The notes beneath the pieces were generated by a model. It was not told the origin of the DNA. It did not search any database and saw nothing but the letters and a program-made list of their open reading frames with translations. From positions 1,874,778 through 1,938,777 of the forward strand of contig NW_015167527.1 in assembly GCF_001447785.1 (NCBI RefSeq): DNA of 64,000 nucleotides, given 5' to 3'. A program made the translations under genes and the position numbers. Position 1 is the first letter of the stretch; each line of letters starts with the position of its first letter. This DNA is from Gekko japonicus (Eukaryota). Below are positions 1 to 12,013 of the stretch, piece after piece.

Positions 1-1447
1 CTGGAAGAACACCTGAAGCAGTCTAAAAACCACTTACCCTGCTGCCGCTGCCGCCACCACTGCGCATGGGGGGCACAGGGGCCAGCAGGGGTGCCCTCAC
101 CCCGAAGCTCTGCCTCGCAGTCCCAGCAGGATGGAGGGTGCCAGGCTGGGGCCCCTGTAGCACTGGGAGCCCTGTAGTGAGGGCTCCATCCCTGGCAAAG
201 CAATGGGGGAGGGGAGGCAACACATTGGCCGGCGGCTGTGGGGACTGATGGGAAGCTCCAGCCTCCCCCCCCCCCATGGGAAGCCCCACCCCCCCCCCCC
301 CCCGTGCAGCACGCGCGGACACACACACACAAACACTACCACCCCTTGGCCGTCTCCCCCTTCCGACCCATCCGCTCAGCCCTGGGCCACCTCGCCACCC
401 GTATAAGAAGAAGCCCCCTGCTCTAGCCTGGGCCACCTCGCCCTCCACCCCTGTGGCTGGCCAGCAGGCTGTGGGCTTCCCAAAGTGCTTTATCACGGGC
501 TTGCTGGGAAGAGCCAGGCGGGCCAGCGGCGGTTGGCACCAGAGAGCGAAGGGCCACTTTCTGATGGGGGACACCCGCCCAGCACCCCTGCCTTGTTGCC
601 CTCATGGGGGAAGAAGCCCTTCCGCCCGGATGCCCACACTGCTTGCCTCCTGACTGGCTTCTCCCCCCCCCTTGACACAACCGCCAAAAGCAGCCCCAGA
701 AGTGGGGTGACAACAAGGGCCAGGTCAGGCTACGCCACACCTACCTGCCCCTGGCTGCCCACCTGAGACCCTATTTGCAGCAAGGACAGCCAGGCGGCTC
801 ATTGCAGGCGTGGGGTGGGCCAAGGCTGCCGGAGCCCCGTCTGCGCCCAGGCTGCCTCAGTCCCCTGCTCAATGGGAGGAGGCATGCAGTACAGCTCTCT
901 GCCATAGAGCCATCTTGCAGCAGCCGGCAGCGGAGAGACCGACCTGGCATGCCCCGTTCCACTCCACTCGCCTGGCTGTGCAGCACCAGGTGGAGCGAGG
1001 TGGCCTGGAGCCCCCTGCTCAATGGGAGGAGGCATGCAGTGCAGCTGTCTGCCACAGAGCCATCTTGCAGCAGCCAGCAGCGGAGAGACCGACCTAGCAC
1101 GCCCCATTCCACTCCACTTGCCAGGCTGTGCAGCACCAGGGGGAGCGAGGTGGCCTGGAGCCGGAAAGGGTGCACTGATGGCCACAAATCACTCACACTG
1201 CCTGCTTCACGACTGCCTGGGACCGGAAACCAACCTGGGGGGGGGGCAGGTTCTGGAAGAGCCGGGAGCAGTGGGGCCAATGCGGAGTCCTTTTGCACAT
1301 GCTCTGAGCGAGTGCTTGTTGCCCGTTTTTCTTCTACCGAGGGTGGGGCAGAGCAGGGCTTTTGGCGAGGGAAGGGAGAGGAGGGGCAGGGCAGGCTCGG
1401 AGCCACCCAGAACACCATTCCGGTGCATTCCACCCTAAAATAGCACT
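1..1447. mobile_element. GC-rich non-autonomous DNA transposon (hAT-like), right end only, with internal 150-bp tandem duplication
   Basis: The GC-rich block ends abruptly at ...ccaccctaaaatagcactg (CAGTG-type hAT terminus in reverse), then AT-rich intron follows. Direct repeats at 862-1011 and 1012-1161. Left end lies outside the window. Confidence 0.5.
862..1161. repeat. Tandem duplication, 2 x 150 bp
   Basis: cccctgctcaatgggaggaggcatgcagt...gaggtggcctggagc starts at 862 and again at 1012. Confidence 0.95.
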
Positions 1448-1669
1448 GATTATGCATACACAGGTGCGGATCTCTGGGTAGAAGAAAGTAACAGAGAAAC
1501 AAGTGTTATACTTAGGTATTCTAAGTATAGTTCCAACATTCTGTATGGTGGAGGACATTTGCACTGATCTATTTGTTGTATAGGCAAGGCCTAATAACAT
1601 GTAATGGAGTGAATGATTTCTTCCATAGCAATTTGTTTTCCTCAAACTCCTGTCTTTGTTTACATGCAG

Positions 1670-1816
1670 CACTTAAAACTTTCTTATGAATTCTCTTCTG
1701 TGCTGACCTTTGGAGGCTGCCATGATAATTTTATGATTGTAGTCAGCCAAGTGAAGGACAGGAGCTCTGGAAAAAGTACCCCTGAAAAATTGCTTTTTGC
1801 AATGGCAGCTCCAACG
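1670..1816 (+). CDS. PLEKHH1: PLEKHH1 penultimate coding exon (FERM C-lobe): HLKLSYEFSSVLTFGGCHDNFMIVV...KLLFAMAAPT
   Basis: Acceptor tttgtttacatgcag|, donor |gtgagt, 147 bp phase 0. Resembles vertebrate PLEKHH1 (FGGC.D.FM.V...SSGKS..EKL.F.MAAP). Synteny with PIGH and ARG2. Confidence 0.92.
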
Positions 1817-2639
1817 GTGAGTATAAAGCAAAGTGTAATAACTTTTTTTGTACGTGGTAATGTTTAGAAAATGGAATCCCGATAGGCTGCTGGCATTTTT
1901 TTTCTTTTCTGAATAAGAAGAGCAGAGAATGCCCTTCCAATATCCTTGGTACACCAAGTAATACAACATTATACACAGTAGCTCTGAAATACTTCCTCCT
2001 GATATCGTTCAAAATTATATCTTCCCGAAGTGATATTTTGATTCTGAAAGGTGTTAATTAGCCAGGAGAAGCTTACTTTAAATGCCTATTTGTATCTTGT
2101 TCTGTACGTGTTGTTAACGTGTTTAAATCAAAACTAAATATGAGTACAGAATAAATAGCTTTAGCCTTTGTTTTCAGTAATGAAAGATCTGCAAAGATGG
2201 CCTTGGAACTGGCTACTCTGTTCCTGTCTTACATTGTAACCTGATTATCACTGCACAGAACCTTGATTCAGAACATCCCAGAGCTAAGCTTTTATGGCAC
2301 AAAATCCTCCCCCCTTTAAGTTGTCATCTATATATTCACACAGACCATCCTCCTTCCCCACAATAGGAACAAACTCTTAACTAGCAGTTATTCTTGAAAG
2401 AACTGAATGGAAAGCTGCAACCCCTCCCCTCTGGGAAGATGTGATGGTACACAGGCTCGGGGTGGGGTGTTCGCACCTAAAAGTCCAGCTCACTGGTATG
2501 ACTGTACTGATGACCAGACCATCAGTTACAAGTAAACAACCTGTTCTTCCTCTGTGGGATGTAAAATTTGCCTCAAAATATCCAGAACAGAAGTGGCATG
2601 TAAATCATTCAAGCTTAGAAGTGGGCAGAGTGCTTTGGG

Positions 2640-2828
2640 AGGAGCCCATACCTCAGTGGCAGGGCATATTAGTAAGATGTGCATATAACAAGATCTCCTT
2701 AGCTTCAGGCCCTAGCATCTCTGATTAAAGGATTTCAAATAATAGAGGAGGGAATACCGGGGTTTTTGAAGGGCCACTGGCGCTTGGGATTGACAACACT
2801 GGGCAACATGGGCCCGACTCACTATATT
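2640..2828 (+). mobile_element. Degenerate tRNA-derived SINE (Squam2-like)
   Basis: A-box-like ctcagtggcagggcat head; colinear with the better copy at 50037. Confidence 0.5.
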
Positions 2829-2923
2829 GCTTTACCTTAAAGATCATCTTACAGTAGGTCCAGTAAAATGAATGCTATTGGAATATTTCTTCCCTTTCCT
2901 CTCTCTCCCCATCCCTCAAGCAG

Positions 2924-3103
2924 ATTGTTGAAGTGACTCTCCTTATCGCCAGTTATATTAACTATTGTTCGACTCCACACCCTCCTACTCCAAGCATCAG
3001 TTCAACATGGAGTACATCATCTGCTAAGAAGCTCATGGAAATTGAAAGCAGATGTCTCTTTCCTTCTCTGCCCCGGACCACTAAGGGGCCAACCCTGCTG
3101 TAA
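2924..3103 (+). CDS. PLEKHH1: PLEKHH1 last coding exon: IVEVTLLIASYINYC...TTKGPTLL*
   Basis: Polypyrimidine tract plus aagcag| acceptor. Open frame to TAA at 3101-3103. C-terminal KGPTLL matches PLEKHH1 and is a class I PDZ-binding-type end. Confidence 0.92.
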   Translation: MVEVTLLIASYINYCSTPHPPTPSISSTWSTSSAKKLMEIESRCLFPSLPRTTKGPTLL

Positions 3104-3500
3104 GGCCCGTTTTCCTTTGCCACACTGTGAATCAAGGACTACTGTGATTTCACTGCTTACCTGCCTGTGACCAGGCAGGCTCCAGGTCTACCTCCTTGGT
3201 AAAGTGCAACATTCCTAGAGACTTGTTTAGAGTTAGACTCCTCCTACCTGCTAGATTAGTGGGGGGGGGCATCTATTTTGAACAGATTGTGCACCTTTTA
3301 TAAATGTTTGTCCTTCCTTCTTTCTACCTAAATGAGACCTGCATTGCTCCCAGTCATGCCCAAATATTTTCCTCTGTGAATGGCTTCACAGACTCCCCCT
3401 TGATTGCACTGAAGCCATTGAAGCTATTTCACATAGCTGCTGTCCCTAACTTCTTGTGTTTTTGATGTCATGCCTTATTTCATACTGCAATGCCTAAGTC

Positions 3501-3706
3501 CAGTGTTCCCTCCAAGCTGAGTTAGTGTGAGCTAGCTCACAGTTTTTTAGCCTCCAGCTCACACATTTTTGTCTTAGCTCAGGAAGGATGGCTCCAGAGC
3601 AAGCTAATTTATGCAGTAGCCAAATCGCTTGCTCACAACTTTAATGCCAGTAGCTCACAAAGCAGAATTTTTGCTCACAAGACTCCACAGCTTAGAGGGA
3701 GCATTA
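3501..3706 (+). mobile_element. hAT-type MITE (~206 bp; TIR CAGTGTTCCCTCTAAGCTG)
   Basis: Near-identical to copies at 34339, 53206, 57111 and 62801; terminal inverted repeats present. Confidence 0.9.
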
Positions 3707-3990
3707 GTGCCTACTGTTAGAATCTGTGCTAAACTTATAAAATAACTTGACCCCTTTAATATCCTTAGTAATGTTGCCTACCCATCTCAGCCAGTAATTT
3801 ATTTGTTCTTGTGTTGGTTCTTTTCTGTGTTGGACAGCAAAAGCTCCAGGAATGGAAAACTGATTTTGAGTATTCATCTCTTGATTTTATCTTCTGCATT
3901 TCTTCAATTAACCTAGTGAAAACAGCATTCCTGTTTACCTGAGTTTTTGATTTTTCTGAATATTTTGGTTCTCTCCTTCACCTCTACTAA

Positions 3991-4511
3991 GGTCCCGGTC
4001 ACACGGGCAGGAAACTGCGGGGGGGAAGTGTGGCAGTTTGCCCCGGGGCAAACTAAGGCGCGGTTACCTGATCAGACCTCCCGTGGAGGTACTGTGGAGG
4101 TTCCGTGGGAAAGGAGAGGTGCCGATCGCAGGACAATCCCGCGCGCAAAAACGAAGCGCGCGGTTCGGCAAACTGGATATTTTTTTTTTCTGTACAGCAC
4201 GACTGCGCATGCTCGGTAGGGTGCTTTTGCGCATCCACGAAGACATGGGGGAAAAAACGTTTTCGCGAGGACGGGAACATGGGCGGGCGCCGGATGCCTC
4301 CGGAAACGCGATCAGACGCCCGCCCTTGCCCCGCGGTTTCCGGACACTAGTACCTCGGAGGTACTAGTTTTTTGCCGCGTGGTTTCGGCAGGAAGCCTCG
4401 TTTGAGCCACGGGAGTGCTACCCTTCCCAGATGTGCCGGGGAGATCGCGCCCGGAAAACCCGCATGTCTTCCGTCTGACTCGCATGGCTAATGTTCCGTG
4501 TGACCGCAGCC
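3991..4511 (+). mobile_element. PIF/Harbinger non-autonomous element (~520 bp)
   Basis: TIRs ggtcccggtcacacgg / ccgtgtgaccgcagcc, TAA target duplication (3988-3990, 4512-4514). CpG-rich. Inverted homologue at 28837. Confidence 0.88.
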
Positions 4512-5072
4512 TAAATAGGGTAAATGAAATTATACTGTATTTCTCATAACAGTGTTAGCAGAATGGTGCTTTGAACATCCTGTAATAACATACTGATTAC
4601 ATAAATGCAGACAGTATTACTAGTCTCAAGCAGCCTGCTAAGAGATTTCATACAATTTAGTGAAGAACTAAAGAGAGAGTTTATGATGAGGAGAAAAGCC
4701 TCAAAGGCTTTTATACTTGTTTTTCACAATATTTAGCACTCAAGAGGAATGGTGAAAACTTGTTAGGAGAGCTGTTGTTTCTAAAGAGAGTTTGGGATGA
4801 GGAAATACCTAGGTTGTGGGTATTCCTCAGCATGAAGACCAGCTTCTCACAAGATTAATATTTAGTTCTCTGAGTAGAAATTTAGGCATGAGATGTTTAA
4901 TACAGGGATTCCAGGCTTGCAAAACAATTTTGTCTGGTCTGTTACCTTGATGCTTAGGGAAAAGGAGAAGCTGCCAGTTAGCTTGTAAGAACTTCTTTGC
5001 AGAAGCAGTTTGCAATTATTATCACATCAATTACAGTAGATGGAATCTTCGAGGAGGTGAACATGGTGGTCC

Positions 5073-5490
5073 AGCATTATGAACCCTCTTGAGCCTGTGG
5101 GCACCTTTGGAATTTTGAGCGGGGGTGGTGAGTACTACCTCAAAATGGTTCTCATAGGACACAGAGCCAAACCCAATTCCTCCCCCTTCACATTGCAAAA
5201 GAATCTCAGAAGGGGAATAAAAGAAACTTAAGGAAACCTCAGGGGAAGGAATGGAGAAAGAGAAGGGGTAATAAAAAGAAGGAAAGCCTGAAGAGGGAAT
5301 GAAAATCCTTACTAGTCCTCCTAATCCTCCAGTGGCTGCTGCCATTATTGGATTCATGGAAAACCCTTTCATTTGAATGAGGGAAGTCACTAACAAGCCC
5401 TGCTTTACAAAGGCTCCTCTCACTTTCTGAACATCTTGGCAGGCAGCCGGAGAAACTATGGCATCCACAGGCATTACGTTGGGGAACCCT
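5073..5490 (+). mobile_element. Old hAT-type non-autonomous element
   Basis: Right end gttggggaaccctg; left region similar to the elements at 30700-31033 and 63347. Confidence 0.55.
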
Positions 5491-5813
5491 GATCTAAAGA
5501 TATTGATTTCTCAAAGTTCAAGCTCAGTTCTCCTGATGTTTTTACCTTTTGGTTACAGAAATAATTACTTGTACCTATTCCTTAGTCTTCCAAGCAACAG
5601 CACTTAACCAAGCTTAAACAAAGAGGTTTCGTCACATTCTTGGAATTTTTCAATGGAATGGCATATACTGATCTTTTGTTTTATGTTACTTTCCTGGCCC
5701 TGGCACAAGGTATATTCCTTGTAGTAGACACCTGAAGCATGTTATACATGCTACTCCTAGTGGTAAGTTTGCCTCCAGTCTTTAATACAATCAAACATAC
5801 AATGGCCCTCTAA

Positions 5814-5953
5814 GGTTGCGATCACACACAACAAATAATCCACTTTCAATGCACTTTCCAACTGGATTTTGCCAGTTCACACAGTAAAATCCAGTTGGAA
5901 AGTGGACTGAAAGTGGATTGAAAGTGGATTATTTAGTGTGTGTGACCACAGCC
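5814..5953. mobile_element. Palindromic Harbinger MITE (140 bp)
   Basis: Whole element folds back; TIR ggttgcgatcacacac / gtgtgtgaccacagcc; TAA TSD on both sides. Confidence 0.88.
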
Positions 5954-6419
5954 TAAGCTAACCTAACCAAATTTTAATCAAGGTACAGGGAGCACTTTGC
6001 CCCCAAATTTACTTATAAGGAAAATACTTTTTTTCCAAAAGAGATAAGAGGAGGAGGTTTTATATATCTGAATGTTTATGCTCCTCTTTTCTTTGAGTTT
6101 AATGTATTACTGGTCTAGTTGTCTCTGAGTGGCTATGCTCTATAAATGTGGTGCTGACTTTCTCATAGAAGTTGACTGCCTGTGAAGGAGTTGGATTTGT
6201 GTGGTGAAATGCAACTCTGGTCTCTGGAGAATACCATAGTTACTGGTCATCTTGTTTGAGAGCATGAGCTAAAAAAATGGAAACTGGTTTTACACTGAAG
6301 CATTAGGCAGTTTGCAGTAAAAAGAATTTCAACAAGTTCCTGTGTTAAATGTTGCCAAAACAAACTCTGACAGCTGGTACCTCCAAAAAGGATTTTAAAG
6401 TTATAGAGGGTAACAAAAT

Positions 6420-6725
6420 CCAAAAACAAAAGCCTTATAATACCTTTTAACGTCTATCCAATATAATACAACACACTGAGTTTTTGAGTTCTTCAGAATT
6501 ATTCATCAGGCTGGATGTTAAAAGACAAAAAGAGGGGGGAATAAAAATATATCTGGTCAGGATTTTACAGCCCCTTGTCAGTATCCTGTGCAGGAGGCTT
6601 TGCTGCCTACAAAGGACACTTGTTGTGGCTAGTACTGGGTAATGTCTTTGGCATGCTGGGAACCAGAAGAAAGATAGGAGAAGCCATCCAATTGAAATGC
6701 AACAACCATTCCTTGATCAAATGTC
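6420..6725. mobile_element. Degenerate Penelope-like element remnant
   Basis: Minus-strand pLTR-like segment with CTGATGA core (~6504-6510); RKIGEAIQL peptide resembles a PLE GIY-YIG C-terminus. Confidence 0.4.
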
Positions 6726-7587
6726 TTTCTGATGCGGAACAGAACACACAGGTATCTTATTTTTGAGATTTTGATATGGACCAATGCAGTTATCTACTTT
6801 TTTCCCTATTGGAAGATAACATGATGAATGAGTTATCACTGTGATATTGTGGCAGTGGTGCAAATGGCCAGTGCTGTTTTAGGGTGCCCCATACTATGAA
6901 AGCAATGCTGAGTGGGGGAAGTCAATCATGTAGTCATATCACAAAGCAGAGTGGTAGTGTATGCTATGGAGAAAAATTCAACACGGAGATGTTATTTGTA
7001 GAGCCAGCCTCATGTTCAATGTAACACATAATTTTGCCCTGAACAAATGGTTTGAATGTAACTTACCTTGAGAAGGATGTAGTGTTGTTTTCTGGGAGAA
7101 TGCAGATCTTACTGACACACTAGAAAGATGCATTATAAGGACAACGATGGATCTTGAAGTCAAATCATATTGCTGAAGGAACTGGTTATATTTCACCAAA
7201 AGAAAAGAATGCATGCCTATGCAAACCTACTTGAAGAAAGTCCTAATAAACTCAGTGGGACTTACTTCCAAAGAAAGATACATAGAATTGCATTACTCGA
7301 GGGAAAAATCAGTTTTTAAACTATTTTGGGTGTCCCAAAGATGTGCAAAAAAAAGATGTGCAAAATTCATCGCATGCACCATGGACCAGAAATGAAGCAA
7401 TAGCTCAGAACTACAGGAGGACAGATTCAGTTTAAACATTTAGAAAACAGTATCAATAATATAACTAATGAGAAGAACAGTTAGCAAGCAACAGATCAAA
7501 ATGACTGGGAAATCTGTGGAATATCTTCCCTAGAGAATGCTGGGGAACACTGCATATGTTTGGGGAGTTTTAGAAATGGCTGTCATA

Positions 7588-7780
7588 ACATAACCCTGAC
7601 CTGGATTGCCCAGGCTAGCCTGATCTCAGAAGCAAAGCTGGTTAGTATTTGGATAGGAGACCACCAAGGAAGTCCAGGGTTGTGATACAGAGGCAGGCAA
7701 TAGCAAACCATGTCTGAACACCTCTTGCCTTGAAAACCTCAGAGGATCACCATACGTTGGCTGTGGCTTGACAAGCACTT
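7588..7780 (+). mobile_element. 5S rRNA-derived SINE (5S-Sauria-like)
   Basis: 5S-like head (ctgatctcagaagcaaagc...ttagtatttggataggagacc) plus RTE/BovB-type tail (ggcaatagcaaacc...ccttgaaaacc). Confidence 0.7.
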
Positions 7781-8984
7781 TCCACCGTTATCAACTGCCA
7801 TAAACCAGATGGTGAATGATCGGCCGGAGGGGGGGTGGGGTCCCATCCAACTGAATGATTCTATGTAGCCATACATTAAAATGAATAGTGAGGGGAAAAA
7901 CATTTTCACAAAAAAATCCATATTGCTTGAATTGAGAAGATTATGTAATACAGAGTAGCAATAGGAGAATTCGTGGCATATTTTAACTTGGAATTTTACT
8001 AGAACTTACATAGCCAGATGATTTGAGGGGTTTAACAAATACTTGAATGACAGAGAATATCCCTAAACATGCTACAGGACAGATATTCTGTATCCTGTGT
8101 TGTCTACTGTACATAGAGGACTATTCCCAGGCTCTTGTCATTAGGGTTGCCTTGCCAGGGTCTCTATTCCATTTTAAGCAGAGTTATGGCCTTCTAAGAT
8201 CATTTATTACAGTGGACTGAGAAGGCTGTAATGGCACTGCCAGTGAGCTACATGGCTCAGTGAGAATTTGAACCTGGGTCTCCTCATTCCTTAGTCCTAA
8301 TCATAAAGTGCATGTCTTGATCTTTCATATGTTGTAACCACTATATTGTATTTATTTCTGGATGTGCTGACTACTGTTATTGGTACCATTGTTGCTTTGA
8401 AAGATAAAAGGCATGTGGTGATGTACTGTCTTTGAGCTACCAAAAATTGTGTCAGGCTTCACCAGTGTTTACCATATGAACTCCTCCTTCCTTAATGCTG
8501 TGTTTGCAAGGCAGGGTGGGGGTGGGGGCTAGCAAACAAACATTCCTAAATACAGTCCTGACATCTGGCCTTCCAAACTAGTGAAGTGTTTTTCTAATAA
8601 TCACTTGTGACAAAGCAATTATCTTTTGATCAAGATCTTAGTTTTACCATTGTTAGGCACAAAGTGACAATGTTAAAAGGTTTCTACCTTCTTTTTCCTT
8701 TTGTTAAAAGATTGATGCATATCTTTTCACTGTACTTTTTTAAAGGTTCTAAAATGTCTTCTCTTAAATGTTCCGATGAAATTGTGACAAAACAGGAGAC
8801 TTGGAGCTGGCTCACTCCTCACGTTTGCGTTGAATCCTCTTTATCGTTCCCATGGAGTTAGGGCCAGTTTCTTCAGACCTATGAAGCAACTCTAGGTTAT
8901 TTTACCTAAACAATCATTTCACAGTATTTAACATTTCAAATTTGGGCACATCAGCAGCATTTTTCATGGCTAATCCTAACCTGA

Positions 8985-9099
8985 GGCAGCGGTCACACAC
9001 ACTAAATAATCTACTTTCAGTGCACTTTCCAACTGGATTTTGCCAGTTCACACAGTAAGTGCACTGAAAGTGGATTATTTAGTGTGTGTGACTGCAGCC
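8985..9099. mobile_element. Palindromic Harbinger MITE (same family as 5814)
   Basis: TIR ggcagcggtcacacac / gtgtgtgactgcagcc; TGA TSD. Confidence 0.88.
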
Positions 9100-11146
9100 T
9101 GAATTTGCAATCTGAGTCAGAATTTAAAATTTGCTGACAAAGCTTCCTGGGGAGCCAAGAACAGAACTAGTCAGTTGCCTATGCTCTGGCTACTATTTAT
9201 TTCCAGATATGTGAAAATGCAACCTATCAATTGCAACAGAATTTACTTTAGGATTAGATAGCTGGAGATTTCAGGCAATTAAACCTAGACTGCTCTGTTT
9301 GTACTAAGAATGCACCTCCAACACTCATGAGTGTCAATCCCATTTCAAAAAGCAGCCCACATTAGGGAATGCTTTACTTTTCGATAATAGCAGGTTGCAA
9401 ATTAAAAGAGCTTTACAGTTTTTAAATTATACTTGCCTTCTCACTTACCCTATGAAATAATTCAAAAATTTTATCATACAAATGAGGAACTAAAGCAGAA
9501 TTATATTAACTTGCTCATTGAACACAGTGAGACTTGAAGCAAGACTTCCAGACCCAAATCCAGGTCTCTCCTAATGGTCTGCACAGGCTTTCATGCAGCC
9601 ATATACCTATTTATAGTTTGAATTCAGAAACTGTGTAAGTTCCTGGACTACTTTATATGATTCCACTGTATCACAGATTATATAACTTTTTTCTGACCAG
9701 CTCCTTGACCCTTATTGGACACTAGGTGAAGTATGAACAGACTGACTAACAAAAGTCTTTAATAACCACAGTCTTGTATATAAAAGGCTGCCAAAAGATA
9801 AATAAATTTGTGTCTGTGAGTAAAGCAGAGAGATCTTTGTTTCTTTGTATTCTTTCTGTAAGACATTCTGTAACTTTGTTACTCAGTAACTATGCTATAA
9901 GCAGGTGGTTTCATCATTAATTAAGCAGCATCATTAATGCAGTAAGCAAAGAAGCTGAAAAATACTGAAAGAACCGATCTCCTACAGCAATAGAAGGTAA
10001 AGCCCAGAAAAAAACCCTAAAAAAATCTGTCTTGGTGAGCTAGCTCTCCTGAAAATTGGAAGTAAAGATGTAAGAGACAGTAAGCATTCTGTGCAAAACT
10101 CAGGTGGCTGTTTCTTCCAAGCAACCCATTAAAAGGAACTACTGAAATGAAGAGGTTTTGTGCTGGAACAGCAGACTGAATATTGCAGCCCGTTCCCAAG
10201 CCTGTATCTGTTATATTGCAAACAAATAGCTGTATGCCACCAAGCCTGCACTTGCAACTTCTCTACCTATAGATCAGCTGATAAAGTTGTACCCTGTTGC
10301 TGCATTATATCTGTGGCCTTGAGATGTTATGACTTTTCTTTGGGATCTGGGAGGCTCGAGATGTTCTGCTTCTGTTAGCAGACTCCAGGAAGTGACTGTT
10401 TTCCTTCTGCAAGGTCTTTGCTGCAGGGTCTCACCTGATTCATCTTTCTCCTACTCCTGTTCAACATTTTTGAGGCAACAGGAAAAGCCTATACAGAGGT
10501 TTAGAGAATCTTAGTATGCAGATGACACCTAGTTCTACCTTCTTTTTAATTTGGAGCTCAGCTGACACAGAACATGGTGAACCACTCATTAACAAGGGAT
10601 TATCATCAAAAGCAAATTTATACCAGTGGTGCAGCATCTGTACTGCTGAGTTTCTGGGCAAAATTCAGGTTTTTGCTTTGACCTATAACTTCCTAAATAC
10701 ATATCACAGACCACCTTTGCTTGCACTATGAAGGCACTAAAGAGATGCTTTGATGGCTATCTCACATCTGGTATTTTTGGCCACTGTATGACAGTGTTGG
10801 ACTGGATGGGTCATTGGGCTGATCCAACATTGGCTTCTCTTACGTTCTTAAACTATCTTATCCAGGAGATTCACAAAGCACATCTTGAACATTGTCCAAA
10901 ATTACTTTAAGATGTTTTTGCTTGGACTGGCTTTTAATGACAATGGGAAAGTAGATTTTGTATCATTTTAAAACTATATTAAAAAGGAGGCTTCTGAGGG
11001 CTTACAGGGAAGGTGAAATTCACCTCCACTTCACCCCCAACTGCCCCCCCTTACCTTTTCCTTTTAGTGACTGCCACCGCAATCTGAATCACTTGCACAT
11101 TTTCATGCACCATTTCAAGTTGCTACAGAATACCAAAATGCCATCT

Positions 11147-11434
11147 GAATTCTGGCAGGGTTGGGTGGGTGGGGGGGGACAACATTTGTGCATGTATGGA
11201 TATTGCTGTTACATAGAGGTAGGTGTGACAGATTGCACAGAAAAGTAGATTTTAAAATGCTGCTTGTTTCAGAGAAGCTGGGAGAGTAGCCCTCGTGATT
11301 CTGGGGGGGTTGGGGGGGGGGGGACAACATTTGTGCATGTATGGATATCTCTGTTACATAGAGGTAGGTGTGACAGATTGCACAGAAAAGTAGATTTTAA
11401 AATGCTGTTTGTTTCAGAGAAGCTGGGAGAGTAG
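11147..11434. repeat. Tandem duplication of ~145 bp
   Basis: ggggacaacatttgtgcatgtatggatat...cagagaagctgggagagtag occurs twice. Confidence 0.92.
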
Positions 11435-12013
11435 GAGATAATCTTACCTGGAGTCGAGAGCTTATTTGATAGCTGCTCTACCACCTTGCATCAGCTGAGA
11501 GCAAGTATAACATCAGTTGTTCTGGAGGGAAAAGAGTGCCGCTGTCGGAGAGACGTCTTTAGGTTTTTGTCTATAACAGGAGTCAGTGTTCTGACAGGGT
11601 TAGTCAGAAAGATTCTTCTACAGAACGAAGAGACTCCTTTGCCCTAACAGTATTAGAACTACTCTGAGGGAGAATTGAGATTCTATGTCCAGAAAGCTAC
11701 AAACTGCTTTACACATTCAAAAGTACCAGAAGACAGATTTGGCAAGGGTGACTAGGCAGTTAGGCTGAAACTCCTAATCAAGCCNNNNNNNNNNNNNNNN
11801 NNNNNNNNGGGAAAGAAGAATAATTTCTGCCAGTAAAAGAGGTTGTGCTCTGAGGAGAACCCAGGGTCTGTAGTAGAGGGAATAAGCCATGGACATATAA
11901 TTTCTGAAGGGAGAGACCAGATTTCAAAAGGAGAAATTTAGAAACTCTAAGAGAGCTATTATCCAGGAAACTCTATTAAGAAGCTATGTTTTTACTATAA
12001 TATACTAAGCCAA

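Noticed and set aside
771-1502. Long overlapping ORFs (222-243 aa) on both strands
   Set aside because: They lie in a GC-rich transposon with an in-frame 150-bp tandem repeat inside a PLEKHH1 intron; no recognisable protein.
5031-5474. 147-aa minus-strand ORF
   Set aside because: Antisense of a purine-rich hAT remnant; no protein signature.
7588-7670. 5S rRNA-like sequence (also ~32020-32090)
   Set aside because: Degenerate, internally deleted SINE heads, not rRNA genes.
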